From the NCBI RefSeq assembly GCF_037042905.1, contig NC_087252.1:3722001-3786000 (forward strand): a stretch of 64,000 nt of DNA. The letters are read 5' to 3'. The position numbers were made by a program, and so were the translations under genes. The notes beneath the pieces are model-generated. The model ran no database searches. It saw only the letters and a program-made list of their open reading frames with translations, and was not told where the DNA came from. The stretch comes from Lytechinus pictus. Lineage: Eukaryota. Below, piece after piece: positions 1 to 12,385 of the stretch; position 1 is the first letter of the stretch; every line of letters begins with the position of its first letter.

Positions 1-1484
1 GCGCGAAGATATGCCAAGCCACTAAAGAGGGACAAATTCCTTGATGAATCCCATAAACTGTTGACTAACATTATAGATCCCGTCATGTCAATAAACTCGA
101 GCAATGGTGCAGTTTTGAAAGTTTCACCTGGTATGAATGAGTCATCCCCAAAATAAGGCACCCGTTGTCGAATATTAAAAGATGTCAGGAGAGGTGCCCA
201 TAGTAACATTTCAAGTAGTTTACAGCCCGGCACATCAAGTATCTTTAATTTTTCAAGCCCGTCAAAAGCTCCAATTTCAAGAGAAGATAGATATTCGTTG
301 TTGGACAAGTCTAAGAGCACCAAGGTATTCAAACCACTGAAACTAAAGGAAGCTATGTGAATGAGACTATTATCAAGTAAATATAACTCATGTAAATTTA
401 TCTCCCAGGTCGAGTTTTTCGGGTTGATGGTTTGAACTTCATTATATCCAAGGTCGAGAATCCTCAGTTCTTTCATTCCTGCAAAGTGTTCTGGCTCTAT
501 CTCACGGATGTAATTGCCACTCAGACTTAGCCGATAGAGAGTGGTTAGGTTTGAGAATATGGAATGGTTCAATGAAATGAAGTCGTTAAAAGATAGGTCA
601 AGACTGAAGAGAGAGGCATTAGAGAGGGGACTGAATAAATCTGGAATGATGGCGTCCAAGCCACTTCCAATGATCGAAATTTCCTTGATGCTGGAGATCG
701 CCGCACCTTGGAACAACTGCGTCAACACCGCATTGGTCGTAGGGAAGGCACCTACGACCAGGTTCTGGGCATTTAATGGCGCGATGGCTGCAGGATCAAT
801 GGACGTGATCGGGTTCTGCATATCAATAGTGTCCATAGGACACAGGATGACAAATGTCTCAGGGGTTATACTTTCAATTCCATTGTAACCGATATTAAGA
901 TCAGGCAGTACGAGGTCGCTGCAAATTGTTACGTTGACCGATGCGAGATTGTTGTAGCTCATATCGAGGTTTAGAAACTTGGATGATATCCCCAAAACTT
1001 CGTCTGGAAGCGATGTGAAATTGCAACCATTAAGTAAAAGAAGTTCCAGTTGGTGAAGCCATTGTAAATAATGGATCGATGATAAACTTGGGTTGTCACT
1101 TAGATCAAGGGTGGCCAGGTTCTCGAGTGGTTTGAATGCCTCAGGTTGAATTGTAGTGATGTCATTCTTTGAGAGATCAAGGAAGAGAAGGGCTGTGTAT
1201 CTGATGAAAGACACATTCCTAAGACTACGGATGTTGTTCAGGGACAGATCAAGACGGAGCGCATCGGTTGGCAAATCATCAGGAATTTTAGCGAGACCCC
1301 TTTGCCTGCAACCGGCCCTCTTAGCAATAACATCGAAGTCGCACTTTTCCGAAGTGAAAGCCCGTAAGATCCGAGTAGACGTCGGATCATTTTCAGGTGC
1401 CTTCCTCGTCATCATCTCGTATCGACGACTGGTGACTCGAAGAACGAACACTAAAAACCAGCAAAGACGGATCAGACAAGCCAT
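1..1484 (-). CDS. Intronless leucine-rich-repeat receptor ectodomain, probable Toll-like receptor (5' part; runs off the window's left edge)
   Basis: ATG at 1484 (minus) translates MACLIRLCWFLVFVLRVTS (signal-peptide-like), then CDFDVIAKRAGCRQRGLAKIPDDLPTDALRLDLSLNNIRSL (LRRNT plus first LRR), then LLFLDLSKNDITTIQPEAFKPLENLATLDLSDNPSL. The same frame still reads SLFSGLAYLR at the window edge. TM and TIR domains are not in the window, so TLR is inferred. Confidence 0.85.
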   Translation of the reverse strand, partial: MACLIRLCWFLVFVLRVTSRRYEMMTRKAPENDPTSTRILRAFTSEKCDFDVIAKRAGCRQRGLAKIPDDLPTDALRLDLSLNNIRSLRNVSFIRYTALLFLDLSKNDITTIQPEAFKPLENLATLDLSDNPSLSSIHYLQWLHQLELLLLNGCNFTSLPDEVLGISSKFLNLDMSYNNLASVNVTICSDLVLPDLNIGYNGIESITPETFVILCPMDTIDMQNPITSIDPAAIAPLNAQNLVVGAFPTTNAVLTQLFQGAAISSIKEISIIGSGLDAIIPDLFSPLSNASLFSLDLSFNDFISLNHSIFSNLTTLYRLSLSGNYIREIEPEHFAGMKELRILDLGYNEVQTINPKNSTWEINLHELYLLDNSLIHIASFSFSGLNTLVLLDLSNNEYLSSLEIGAFDGLEKLKILDVPGCKLLEMLLWAPLLTSFNIRQRVPYFGDDSFIPGETFKTAPLLEFIDMTGSIMLVNSLWDSSRNLSLFSGLAYLR

Positions 1485-3397
1485 TCCTTATCTGCGGTTT
1501 ATAATTGACCCCTGTATACGAGACTATATGGAAATGGAAATGGAAAGGATTACAGTTTAAAAGAATGGCAATAACAGCTTTCGAAAAGTTCCTTAAACAG
1601 TTTTGATGATGTCATATCAAGGGCGGATCGAGGCTTGAGCATGGGAAGTGCACGCCTTGGGGAGGAGGAAATAAGGTTAGGAAAATCAGCTGTTGAAAGC
1701 AGAAGTAATGGTACGAATTTCGTTTTTCTTGCCAGTGTCGGAACTCCTCTGCCTCAGCGGGAGGGTACACGTACGTGCACCCCCCCCCCCAGCCTACACC
1801 CTTGGAATTCATCAAAGATGGGGCACAGTCATTTTTCCCTTGAAATTTCTAACAAAAATACACGATAAAAAATGTATTTGCTATATAGAGATGCACTTTT
1901 TAAGGTTCGATGGATCTAAATTTGGTCGAAACCACAGCGAGCACCACTACCCCCCCCCCATAGCAGCACCCATGCACCCCTAGTGTTGGTGTATGACATT
2001 CCTTATAAATGTGATGGATTTAGTCAGAACATCTTGATTAGAAACAAATTAAAATAAACAATAAGCTATTTCACTTAATGCCTGTCAGGTCAACAAAAAA
2101 CTGTAATTGTGTAGGGTTTGTTGAGGGGAAAAGTATAGTATCGAAATACTTAATAAGCCATGCTCCAATAAACAATAATTTCCTATTAGCAAAGTATAGA
2201 AACTAGATTGAGGGGAAGACCCACTATTGATTAATAAGGAAGAGAAATTGAGTGGGTAACCACTGGTGTATTGGATCGAGATTTGGAGTGAGGCTGCTGG
2301 GCCCCCTTTTGCTGCCCCCCCCCCCAAAAAAAAAAAAAAAACACGAAAAAATAGCGTTGTTAATTAGAATGCAAACCTGGGCCAATTTAAGAACAGTCCC
2401 CAGCATTTAAAAATGAATCCACCCCGTATACATTTTATAATTGGGGTGGTTGCAAAGGTCACCCCTATCTGAAAAGTGGGGGATGTATATCCCCCATCCC
2501 CTGGGATTTATGCAAGCCACATACTTCATATTTGCAATCGTTTCCTTTGCAACTTCATCTATTTAAGCCTATATGTCTGCGTTTTGGGAACCTATATACT
2601 GGTGTCTGTATAGTAGCCTATTAAGGCTGCCTTATCGCTCAAAATTCATTTCAACCCGAGCCAGTGATACATGAGTTTTCAATGGACAATTGACGGTTCA
2701 ATCCTTGTTTCGTTTTGATATAACACCCGTTTTTTGTGTCTTTTGTTCTGAAACTTCATTTCGTCATAGGATCCAGGGGGCCCCGAGGGGCCCGGTCCCT
2801 CTCCCTTATTGGCAGAGCAAAAAAAGGTGGGAAAGAAAGAAAAAAAAGAAAAGGAATGGAAAACGAGGAGAAAAGCCGAGAAGAGGAAAAATAAGAGGAG
2901 AGAAACGAGTGAACAAAATAAGATAAGGGGAAGATTTGGAAAATAATTCTATTTAATTATGTCACTGTATAAAAGTTTTGCTCGCGCTTCGCGCTCGCAT
3001 TGCCTGTTAGGGGATTTACATATCTTGTTCAAAATAGAGTTTAAAATATTAAGTTTTGAAGTCAATATACAAAACATATTTCAGCTCGGAAATCGAACTT
3101 TCATTATTTTGTTTGATTTACAAATTGATTTTTTAAGTGCTCTGTATAAACGTCAGTTTTATATGGTCAGAATATTAACATTTTCTGCGCGCAAAATTCG
3201 ATTTTTCAGGTTGGCCTACCTATTATTTTCGTGTATTCCATAAATTTCTCAAAATATCTGCAGGTCTGATTGTCAAAACGTGTCAGTGGCGCTGCAATCT
3301 TGCATTTTGATTGGTGAGTTGTGTATATCGCAATACTAAGTCTATAACAAACTACTTAAATCCCCATTTCATGTTAGTTTATAAAGAACTTTGGCTC

Positions 3398-4513
3398 GAG
3401 ATTATTATCCCAGTTATTTTTAAGGCGTCTAAGAAACTATGATATTTTTGACAAAGCTCAGTTTGCATATCAGAACAATAGAGGCGTCGAAGACGCAGTG
3501 TTAGTCTTACTTCAGGGCGTGTATCAGCATTTAGATATTCCCAAGTCCTATGTCAGGTCTGTTTTTATAGATTTTTCAAGCGCCTTTAATACCATAGTAC
3601 CTCACATACTGATAGATAAACTACTAAATATGAATGTCTCACCTTGTCTTGTCAGAATTATTTACAATTTCCTTATAGACAGACCACAATGGGTTAAGTG
3701 CAATAATTTGAATTCTGTCACCAAATGTTTAAATTTAGGTGCTCCTCAAGGCTGTGTAATTTCACCAACTCTCTTTTCTCTCTATACAAGCGATTGTAAT
3801 GTCACCCACTATAATTGTGCAATACTTAAATATGCCGAGACACGGTCATCACTGGTTTCATCCTAGGAGACAGTAGGTCATATTTTAGGGAAGTTGATCA
3901 ATTTGTAAACTGGTGTGATCAACATCACCTAGTTCTTAACGTAAACAAGACTAAGGAAATGGTATTTGATTTTCGTCGTTCTTCTCAACTCCATGAACCA
4001 AATTACTTATTCACGATGAAATGATTGAACAAGTTTCTGAATTTATTTGGAACCACTATTGATGATAAACTGAATTGGAACAAGAACTCACAAATTGTAG
4101 CAGGCAAGGCATGTCAAAGGTTACACTTTTTGAGGAAACTCAAGGAGTTTCGTGTGGATAATAGGATCTTGGTTCTTTTCTACCAATCTCTTATTCAGAG
4201 TATCCTCACTTTCAATTTTTTGTGCATTTTTGGTAATCTCTCAAATAAAAATCTGAAAAAAATCGAAAGACCAAGGAAAATCGCACAGAGACTGATTCAC
4301 TCGGATCTTCCCCCCATTAGTACTTTGTATGAAAAACGTGTGTTACTAAAAATACATACAATCATGAATGATTCATCGCATCCATTGCACAGTTTCTTTG
4401 GATTCAACCGCTCAGGCATTCGCCTCCGTGCACCCAAGAGTAACCGTTCACGATTTAGACAATCGTTTGTACCCAATGCAATTCATATGTACAATGACAA
4501 AGTTAAACGCTGA
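3398..4513 (+). mobile_element. 5'-truncated non-LTR retrotransposon (CR1/L2/Rex-Babar group) ORF2 reverse-transcriptase remnant with frameshifts
   Basis: Motifs QFAYQNNRGVEDAV, FIDFSSAFNTI, GAPQGCVISPTLFSLYTSD and KYA(D) at a frameshift. The C-terminus continues in ORF 4025-4513. The 3' UTR resumes after 7118 and ends in AATAAAT(GAATCT)n at about 7345-7372. Confidence 0.9.
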
Positions 4514-4953
4514 AGCTTTTGTAATCACGCATGTCAGCATTCAATCCTTGACAGTGTTTTTGCCTGCCTACCCTTTATTATCATTATTTTAAGTAATTCA
4601 ATTCAATTCGAACGCACTTGCGATCGATCCTCAGCCCATTCTTGCCTCTGTCCTTCCCAGCTTGTTATGCTCTCCAAAGTCGGTTTTTAATGTGTTCTTT
4701 TTTTTATTATGTAATTACTTTTAACGTTATATAATAAGCTGAGTATCCTTGCTTCAATTTGTAATACCTAATTATCATTCCGTCTATAAGCTTTTTTGCT
4801 TTTTTGTTTCTCTCCCTCTCTATCTCTCTCTGTCTTTCTGCTATATGATTTCCCTCTATCTTCTTCGCTCACTTTCTTTCTCCACTGTGTCCACCTTTGT
4901 TTCTATCCAACTTATTCTTTCTCTTAATTCTTGCTTGCATGGTCTTTTCCATC

Positions 4954-7110
4954 GGCTTGTTATAATCACTCGGGTCGCGTTCGCGTTCGAAATCACTCGG
5001 GTCGCGTTCGAAATCACTCGGGTTTTGGATTTTGGGCGATTTTTTTTTTTCGATGCGATTTTTTTTTCTAACGGTGTCTTTAATGGGACAAACACGCTGG
5101 GAAAATAAAATGAAATTCAAATTCTAGTTTCGTTTTAAGCCGGCAAGTGCCTTAAATAAAAGGCACTCGCCTACTGCTTAACATAACAAACAAGCAAATC
5201 AGCCATGTGGCTCAACTATCCTAGAATACATCCAGACTTCTACTGTTTTTATACGAGGACTCCGAGTCGGAACTTGCCATATCTGCCACATCGATATTAC
5301 ATCGTCACATTCCCATGTACGGACATGTATGCCTGCATGCAATGGCCCCAAGGCGGGATCCGGCCACGGTCGGACACGGCGTGCATCGGTAGCATGGAGC
5401 AAGGTAACGTGAGTCCAGCCGAGTTAGATCCCACGTTACAGTGCCAGTCAGTCTGCAGCTCGTCCGAAAGTATTTTATTCAGCGGTATGCATAGCCAGCC
5501 ATCCGTGGTTTAATGCATATATACGTAATTAGACCAAAAGCTTCGGCCTCCAGTCTGTAATGTTCGTTGTTCCGCTGAACTCCATTAGCTCCACTCATCA
5601 ATACAGAGACCGAAGTTCTAGCTCGATCTGTACAGGGACTCAATGGCCATATGTTTATGCATTAAGTTCCAATAAAACGGGGAAGTGAAGTTGCGCGACA
5701 GCCGAAGCAATTAGTTACTGTTTTTCCCCTTTTAAGTTTATTTTCTCTTTTTTTGGTGCATTTTAGGACAAAACGGAATAAAAATATTTATTTGGTACAG
5801 TTCTTTCCATATATTTTTATGAAATAAAGACAAAAATCGATGAGCGCCGTCTGGGAGATTTCGCATTGTTAACCCCGTAATGATGGTTGCACCATAGCGA
5901 GCCGTCTGTGTACGAGGAGAAATAAAAATGTTAAAAAACTCGAAACAGACGGCTGCCAGCTGTCTAATACGTAATGAGCTTTGAGGACAATCTTTCCGAT
6001 AGGCGTTTTAAAATTCTGCTCTTAACTATTGTCCATTTCTCATAAAATTTGTCTTATTTTATAGATAAAATGGCCATATCATGTTTTAAGTAACTGGAGA
6101 CCTAAAAAATTCCCTACCTAAATTCTCGAAACATTGCATTAGGTGATGTGCTTAATTGATCTTCTTTGTGCTCGCGTGCCAAACGTATACGGTGAGCTGA
6201 ACGGGGATCAGTCTCTCTCTCTGTCTCTCCTACCTTTCCGAAATTAAAACGGTCCTTCGATCGGACATAGTTATTTAGACGCAGGACAAATAATGCTCTG
6301 ACAACCAAACTAACTTTTCGTCAGCATCAGTAAAAATGTGAATGGGCTTTTAAAAACTAATACTAAAACTGATCTAAAATTGATCTTAGATCGATTTTAA
6401 AATTGATTTTGGAAATCGATTTTATATTAATTTTAAAATCGTAATTGTACCTGTTCTAATTAACCGATTTTAAAATCGGCTCCCGATTTTACCCGATTTT
6501 ACCACAATTGGCGCGATCACCTGCCAATCTTCGATCATGCCCCTTGAAGGAAAAATCGGATATAAAATATCGGCGTAGATCTAGTTACAGTGCGTGATCG
6601 TTCAAAACATATTTCAAGATTTTTTTGAGGTGCTAGCTATTTAGAGGTCGCATTAATCAGGGAGAAAGACGCAGTATTATCTCTGACGATGTTTACGAGG
6701 ATAGATATCTTCTCTTCAACCTCGTGGTGATAGCGGACGCCGCCGTGAACTTTTAAAGGTCGTATTACCGACGGACATCACTGCACTACTCTCTTACCTC
6801 CTTTATGATGATAGACACTTCTCTTCAACCTCGTGGTGATAGCGGACCCCGCTTCTTTTATATTTGTTCTTGGTTATCAAAAGTTAATTTCTGAAGATAG
6901 TAATTAAATTGATTTGAAAACGTTAGCTCCCCAAAGCATTTTAATAACATGTTCCGAATCATCGCGCGTGCTTGCGACTTCTATTACATTTTAATTGCAC
7001 TTGCGCCTTTAAGATGATGCAAAATCGCCAAAAATCCAAAACCCGAGTGATTTCGAACGCGACCCGAGTGATTTCGAACGCGAACGCGACCCGCGTGATT
7101 ATAATAAGCC
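4954..7110. mobile_element. 2.16 kb non-autonomous DNA transposon with about 90 bp TIRs and an 8 bp TSD, inserted in the LINE 3' UTR
   Basis: Left end GGCTTGTTATAATCACTCGGGTCGCGTTCG matches the reverse complement of right end ...CGAACGCGACCCGCGTGATTATAATAAGCC. TTTCCATC is duplicated at 4946-4953 and 7111-7118. No transposase ORF is evident. Confidence 0.9.
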
Positions 7111-8633
7111 TTTCCATCTATCTCTTAGTTAACTCTCAGCCGTTTCTCACTCTTTGTCTTTAATGGGTAAATTATTTGACATTTCCCTTCTATGTTGTAT
7201 TGCAATATCTGTTTGAATTGTTTATGTATATTTTCTTTCAATATATTCGCCCAATGTAGATGTCGTTGTGTTTGTATACTTTATATCATTTGTATGCACA
7301 GCCAGTGGAGGCCAAATTTCTATGTATTTTATCATGGATCAATAATAAATGAATCTGAATCTGAATCTGAATTACTCGTGCATCATATTCATAATTATGA
7401 AGGAGCTTGAAATGTCCAGTTTTCAGACCATAATACTAACACTTTTCGCGCTCCCATTAGGCTCATGTATAAGATATATATCTAATAACTAAATTGTCCC
7501 TTTTTTCAGAATAGAATATCGGCAAGTTTCATCTCGCGCTTAGGAAGAGGAATAGAAAAATAGTCATCAGTTTCATGTGATAACATAATACCCGGCATAG
7601 AGTGTCCCGGTCCTATATGTCAAGATTTAAAGTAATAATAATGAAATATATATATCTGCTCTTTTTTAAGTGTGATTGATCCATATCCCCTTCACAATTT
7701 CCTACAAAGCGTTTGAAATTTAGCTTAAATTAACCCCTTTTCAGATCGGAATAACAAATATTTTAAGCTCTATTGATTTTCATGTTTAAAAAAGTTTATT
7801 TATATTACCCAAACTCTAGGTCCAAATCTGAAACACGGGCTCATGTTTATTCACATATATATACGCAGCTTGGCTCTATTTAAATCATCATCCAGATTCA
7901 GATAAGAATTATATTATATATAATATATATATATTTATATATTGCGCTTGCATTATTAACCAAGGAATTAGATCCACAATTACTCATCCTTTTCATGATT
8001 TACAAAACATGAATAGAGTGTGTTGTTTTTAGGTCTAAATCTCGAATTTTTCACGCTTCGTGCTCGCCTCGTCAGGGGCGGCGGAACGTATTTTCGTATG
8101 GGCCGGCAAAGCTAAGATAAGGGCACTTATATATATAACGTCAAATTGACATTTTTGATGCAATCTGATATTTTCACCTGAGATTGTGATATTGCTGTGT
8201 GTTTTGTAGTAATTGATTTGAGTAAAGCCTTTTTGAAGTGATTTCTAATAGGATGTATTTTTCGTTAGCGAGCGATTTGAAAAAAAAATCAAATTTGAAG
8301 TTGTGAAACTCGGTTTTGGGGTCAATTATCGCGCAAATTACTGTTAAAAGGGCATTCTTTCAAGATGTTTGGGAGCGCATGAATCGCGAGCTCAAACTTT
8401 TGGAAATTGTATGTTTTAATGAAACCTGAAAATTAATCTGTTTTTGTTAACATGAAAAAGACGTGTATCTAAAAGATTGACACGAGTGCAAAGCACGAGC
8501 TGAAATTTTTATACTGACCAGAAAATGAACTGAAGCTGATAAGGACTGCATTTGGTTACCTTGAAGGCCGCACTTTTCCATCACATCAAAGTATATACAT
8601 GTACATACAGTTGCAAATATGGGTGGCAGGGTT

Positions 8634-8835
8634 CAGGCGCGGATCCAGGGGGGCACGTGCCCCCCCCTTTCCTTTGAGAAGCAAAATTAAAAATGGCATG
8701 AAAACAGAGATGTGCCCCCTCTTTTGAACTTGAAGATTTTTTTTTTTTTTGGTTGTCAAATTTTTTCGGGGACAAAATATTCTTAATTTCCTCCAAAAAA
8801 TTTGCCCCCCTTGGAAAATCCTGGATCCGCCCCTG
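8634..8835. mobile_element. hAT-like MITE
   Basis: TIR CAGGCGCGGATCCAGG / CCTGGATCCGCCCCTG, with 8 bp TSD GCAGGGTT at 8626-8633 and 8836-8843. Confidence 0.85.
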
Positions 8836-9589
8836 GCAGGGTTAAGGAGGACGCATGGGATTCATCTAAAACTCCACGTTTGACAGTTTTTCTTCAAATT
8901 GTTGAGTGTGGGAGCATCATCTGGGGAAGCTTATTGTATCTGTTTATTACTCCTTGATTATAGTCACTGCATGTCGGATCCGGGGGGGGGGGGGGGGCAC
9001 AGCCGGCCCGTGCCCCGCCCCCCCCCCCTTTGAGAGGCACAATTAAAAATTTTAATTTACACTTTCAATACTAGAAGTCAATAGGCCTATATTAATTATT
9101 TGCTATTTTATCCCCCACTGCTGTGAACGGACGTACGCCACTAAAATGTACAATTTAAAGCAGACGCAATATTGTAAATTATGATTTTACATTGTAATAG
9201 GCGCTAGAATTTCCTTTGAATTATATTTTTTATCCTCCAAAAAATGTAACAGTGATATGAATTTCAGATTGTTCAAGGAAATTTTACTAATATTGGAAAT
9301 ACTTATAGAAAGAGCAAATGATAAGAAAAAAAATAATTGACCCCCATAAAGTGCACTGCATGTATTGAGTGGAAGGTATGGCACGCCAAATGATGCACAT
9401 GCGATGAGAACATGAGACACTAAGAGCTTTCCATATAAAACTCGGAGAATTCGCAAGAATTTTGCAACTGACTGTTCAGATTTCCGAAGTCCTCTGCTTT
9501 TTTTGGTGAGTTTTGGTGCTGAAATATTCGCTTCTTTATCAAGAGGGTGAGGGGTTTAAAAATACATGTTCATATTCCTTTTCTGAAAA

Positions 9590-10420
9590 GGTGTCAGTCA
9601 GCGTGGAAGCACAACAACAAAGCTGAGTGACTAGTGAGTAGTATCCCAGACGAAAAGCCGCCAGGCAGGCGGGTGGCGCATTGGAGGAGAGCAAGCCCAG
9701 GCGCGCAGCCCGAGGCCGAGCCCCTGCGGTAATTCGGGCTGTCGCGATCCCCAGTCAAGATCAAGCCAGGCGCTAGCTAGACAGGAATAACCGTCGTTTC
9801 TGGGGATTTATTCAACAATTTCTGACATTTTACTGTAATCCCCATTTACCGACGGTAGGGTGTACGTGTGGGCTCGCATGTGTTCTCATTCCCTCCCTTT
9901 GGCTTTTGTCAATTCACAGTCCAAAGTTTGATGTAATTTTACAGTACACATCGAATTTAAATTACAATCTAAGGTCATGTATAAACAACAAACTTTTAAA
10001 ACTTTATATCTCAATGTTTAAATACTTTAAACGATATAGATGAAAAAGGCATGAAAAATATACTTTACCGATGTTTAATTGGGTTGAACACGATAAAAAT
10101 TGTCAAAATGGCAGCCAAACTATAAAATATTTACAAACGAACGTCAACAATCACGAATGTAATATTGATATTGCTTTCGATATTATACGATCTGCTCCAT
10201 ATGCGAACGAAACCGAAGATAAACGATACTAGTTATACTAGTACTAGTACTAGTAATCGCGATATATCGATTCGAGACATTAAGTTAATAACGATAATGA
10301 CGTCATTCAAGATGGCAACTTGCAAGAAAAACCGTCAGGTCAGGTGAAAATGTCTTAGATGACAGATTTCTCAATCATCCAGAGGATTTTTTTCAATAAC
10401 TCCGGCCCAAGGTATGCAAT
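9590..10420 (+). promoter_or_regulatory. Candidate promoter / non-coding first exon region of ZNF gene A
   Basis: Local GC/CpG-rich patch at 9650-9780. Possible donors ACG|GTAGGG (9854) and AAG|GTATGC (about 10411). CRE TGACGTCA next to YY1-like CAAGATGGC at about 10298-10316. The coding exon at 15107 starts with an acceptor, so an upstream exon is expected. Confidence 0.35.
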
Positions 10421-10855
10421 TACTTAAGTTATTTATATTTACCTGATAATGGAAACCATGAAACTTTCAATTTTGCTTAAAAAACAGTTTTAAATCGCGA
10501 TCTATAAAACGCTAGTTCACTATACGTTGGCTGTAGGTACGGGGCCCCATCCCCTTCAGTCTATGTATGGTGAGTGGAGCCAACGTAGTTCAGCGGAACA
10601 ACCAAAATACAGAGACTGAAGCTTTGGGTCTAGGCGCTAGCTACCTCGAGCGAAGTTCGTGCAGGCTCCACTCCGCTTCACTACGCTCCACCTACCCGAA
10701 CTTGAGACGGTGAACTCGATCGGATATTCTGACTTAGGGAATCTGAGTGACAAAGGTGGGATTTTATGGGGGGGGGAAAAAAATCCATGCAACATCACAA
10801 TCTTTAATTTAAAAACAAGACTGCCAAGAGAGGCAGCGTAGTAGTACTAGTAGTA

Positions 10856-11330
10856 TAGTGAGTGATTGTATTACCGACCGGCCTTGTATTACCGAACGCG
10901 CGCATCATACGCATCAGAAAATAATTTCATACGCTCGAAATTTTGCAACATCCTTCCAAAGAGAACTTGAATAGAAAGATGATGAAAAATGGTAAAAAAC
11001 ACATTTTCAAAGTCTTAATATTCTAAAAATAATAAAATATGGTCAAAATAGCTCATCAGTGATTTTGTTGTTTTCTCAACTTTTCCCATAGAAAACACAC
11101 GTTCGGTAATACGATACCTTTTTCAAGTGACCAAAATATTTCACATGCGAAGAGGGGTCCGATTGGAAGCTAATATCGTAAAAAGGAAAAACGATTTCGG
11201 CAAAATTTTTACATATTTATATTTTGTAGGTAATTGTGTATTTATGGTGAAAGTTTGGTGAATTTTATGAGAATAATGTGTTTGATATGATTGAATTCAT
11301 GAAAAGTGTTCGGTAATACGATCCACTACT
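10856..11330. mobile_element. MITE with short TIRs
   Basis: TAGTG..GTATTACCGA at the left and TCGGTAATACGATCCACTA at the right, with internal copies of the same motif. Confidence 0.55.
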
Positions 11331-11630
11331 AGTAGCTCAGTCAGTTAGAGCGCATGTTTCGGATCTCAACGTGAGGGGTTTGAGTCCCGCTCATGCCGAA
11401 ACGCGTCTAACAAAAAAGTCTGATGCTATATCGTTGTGTGTTAGCGTGCCTCACCACTGTATTCAGTGCAGGTGTGAATACAGTTGGAAAAACACTCCGT
11501 CCATCGGAAAGGACGCAAATGTTGGTCCCGTGTATAGGAGAGGTACAACCTATGCACGTTAAAACCAATACACTATTCGTCAAAGAGTAGGGTGTTCACC
11601 CGGTGTATTGCACCTGCTGGTCCCGGCAAA
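11330..11630 (+). mobile_element. tRNA-derived SINE
   Basis: A-box TAGCTCAGTCAGTTAGAGC and degenerate B-box GGTTTGAGTCCC, followed by a non-tRNA body. Confidence 0.6.
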
Positions 11631-12164
11631 ATCCAGGTCAAGTACCCGATGCGTTTGTGCCCATGAGGGCCCTGCATTGTATAGATCCAGAATTAAAATT
11701 AATATTCTTACTTTACACAAAGTTTCACTTTTCCATGCTTCTATCAGTCTCAAAATTGGTGATTTAGAAATTACAGCCAACATGAAGTTCCTCACACGTA
11801 TAAATAATTCGCTGCCGATATCAAAACATCGCATGCGCGAGGGTCCGAGTTCGACCGGACCTGGTACCTCGCGAATATATATCGCATCCGCACGTCATCT
11901 CGTACTAGTCCACTATGTGGACGTACATTTCTAAAAGTGCTCACTAGTATGTGAAAAGTTCCACACATACACAAGCAACCAATGCATGGCTACACAATGA
12001 CACATGGTAACGCCACACATACATGTAATCTATCACAAATTGAAACCAGTAAGATTTAGGCGTGATCATTGACACAAAGCTTTATAGTTTTGACCAACAT
12101 TTTCAGGCAAAGATAAATAAAGCCAATAGTTTAATGAATCTGATAAGAACATTTGTTTATCTAC

Positions 12165-12385
12165 GTGGAAGCGTCGTGGTGTAGCGGTTCTGACTCTCGC
12201 CTTGTAATCAGAGGGTCGTGTGTTCGAATCCCACCATGGCCTAGCGTCTTTTAGCAAGGCGTTAATCCACACTTTGCCACTCTCCACCCAGGTGTTAAAT
12301 GGGTACCCGGTAGGATGTGAAAGCCTTTATGTAGTATGCCTAGGAATTGAGTCTTGGAACTCTTGTTGGAATGCTCCCCAGGGCA
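12165..12385 (+). mobile_element. tRNA-derived SINE (3'-truncated), same family as 53686-54031
   Basis: GTGGTGTAGCGGTT A-box and GTTCGAATCCC B-box. Near-identical to the reverse complement of about 53815-54031. Confidence 0.8.

Noticed and set aside
541..1560. + strand ORFs 541-888 and 1156-1560
   Set aside because: Antisense shadows of the minus-strand LRR gene.
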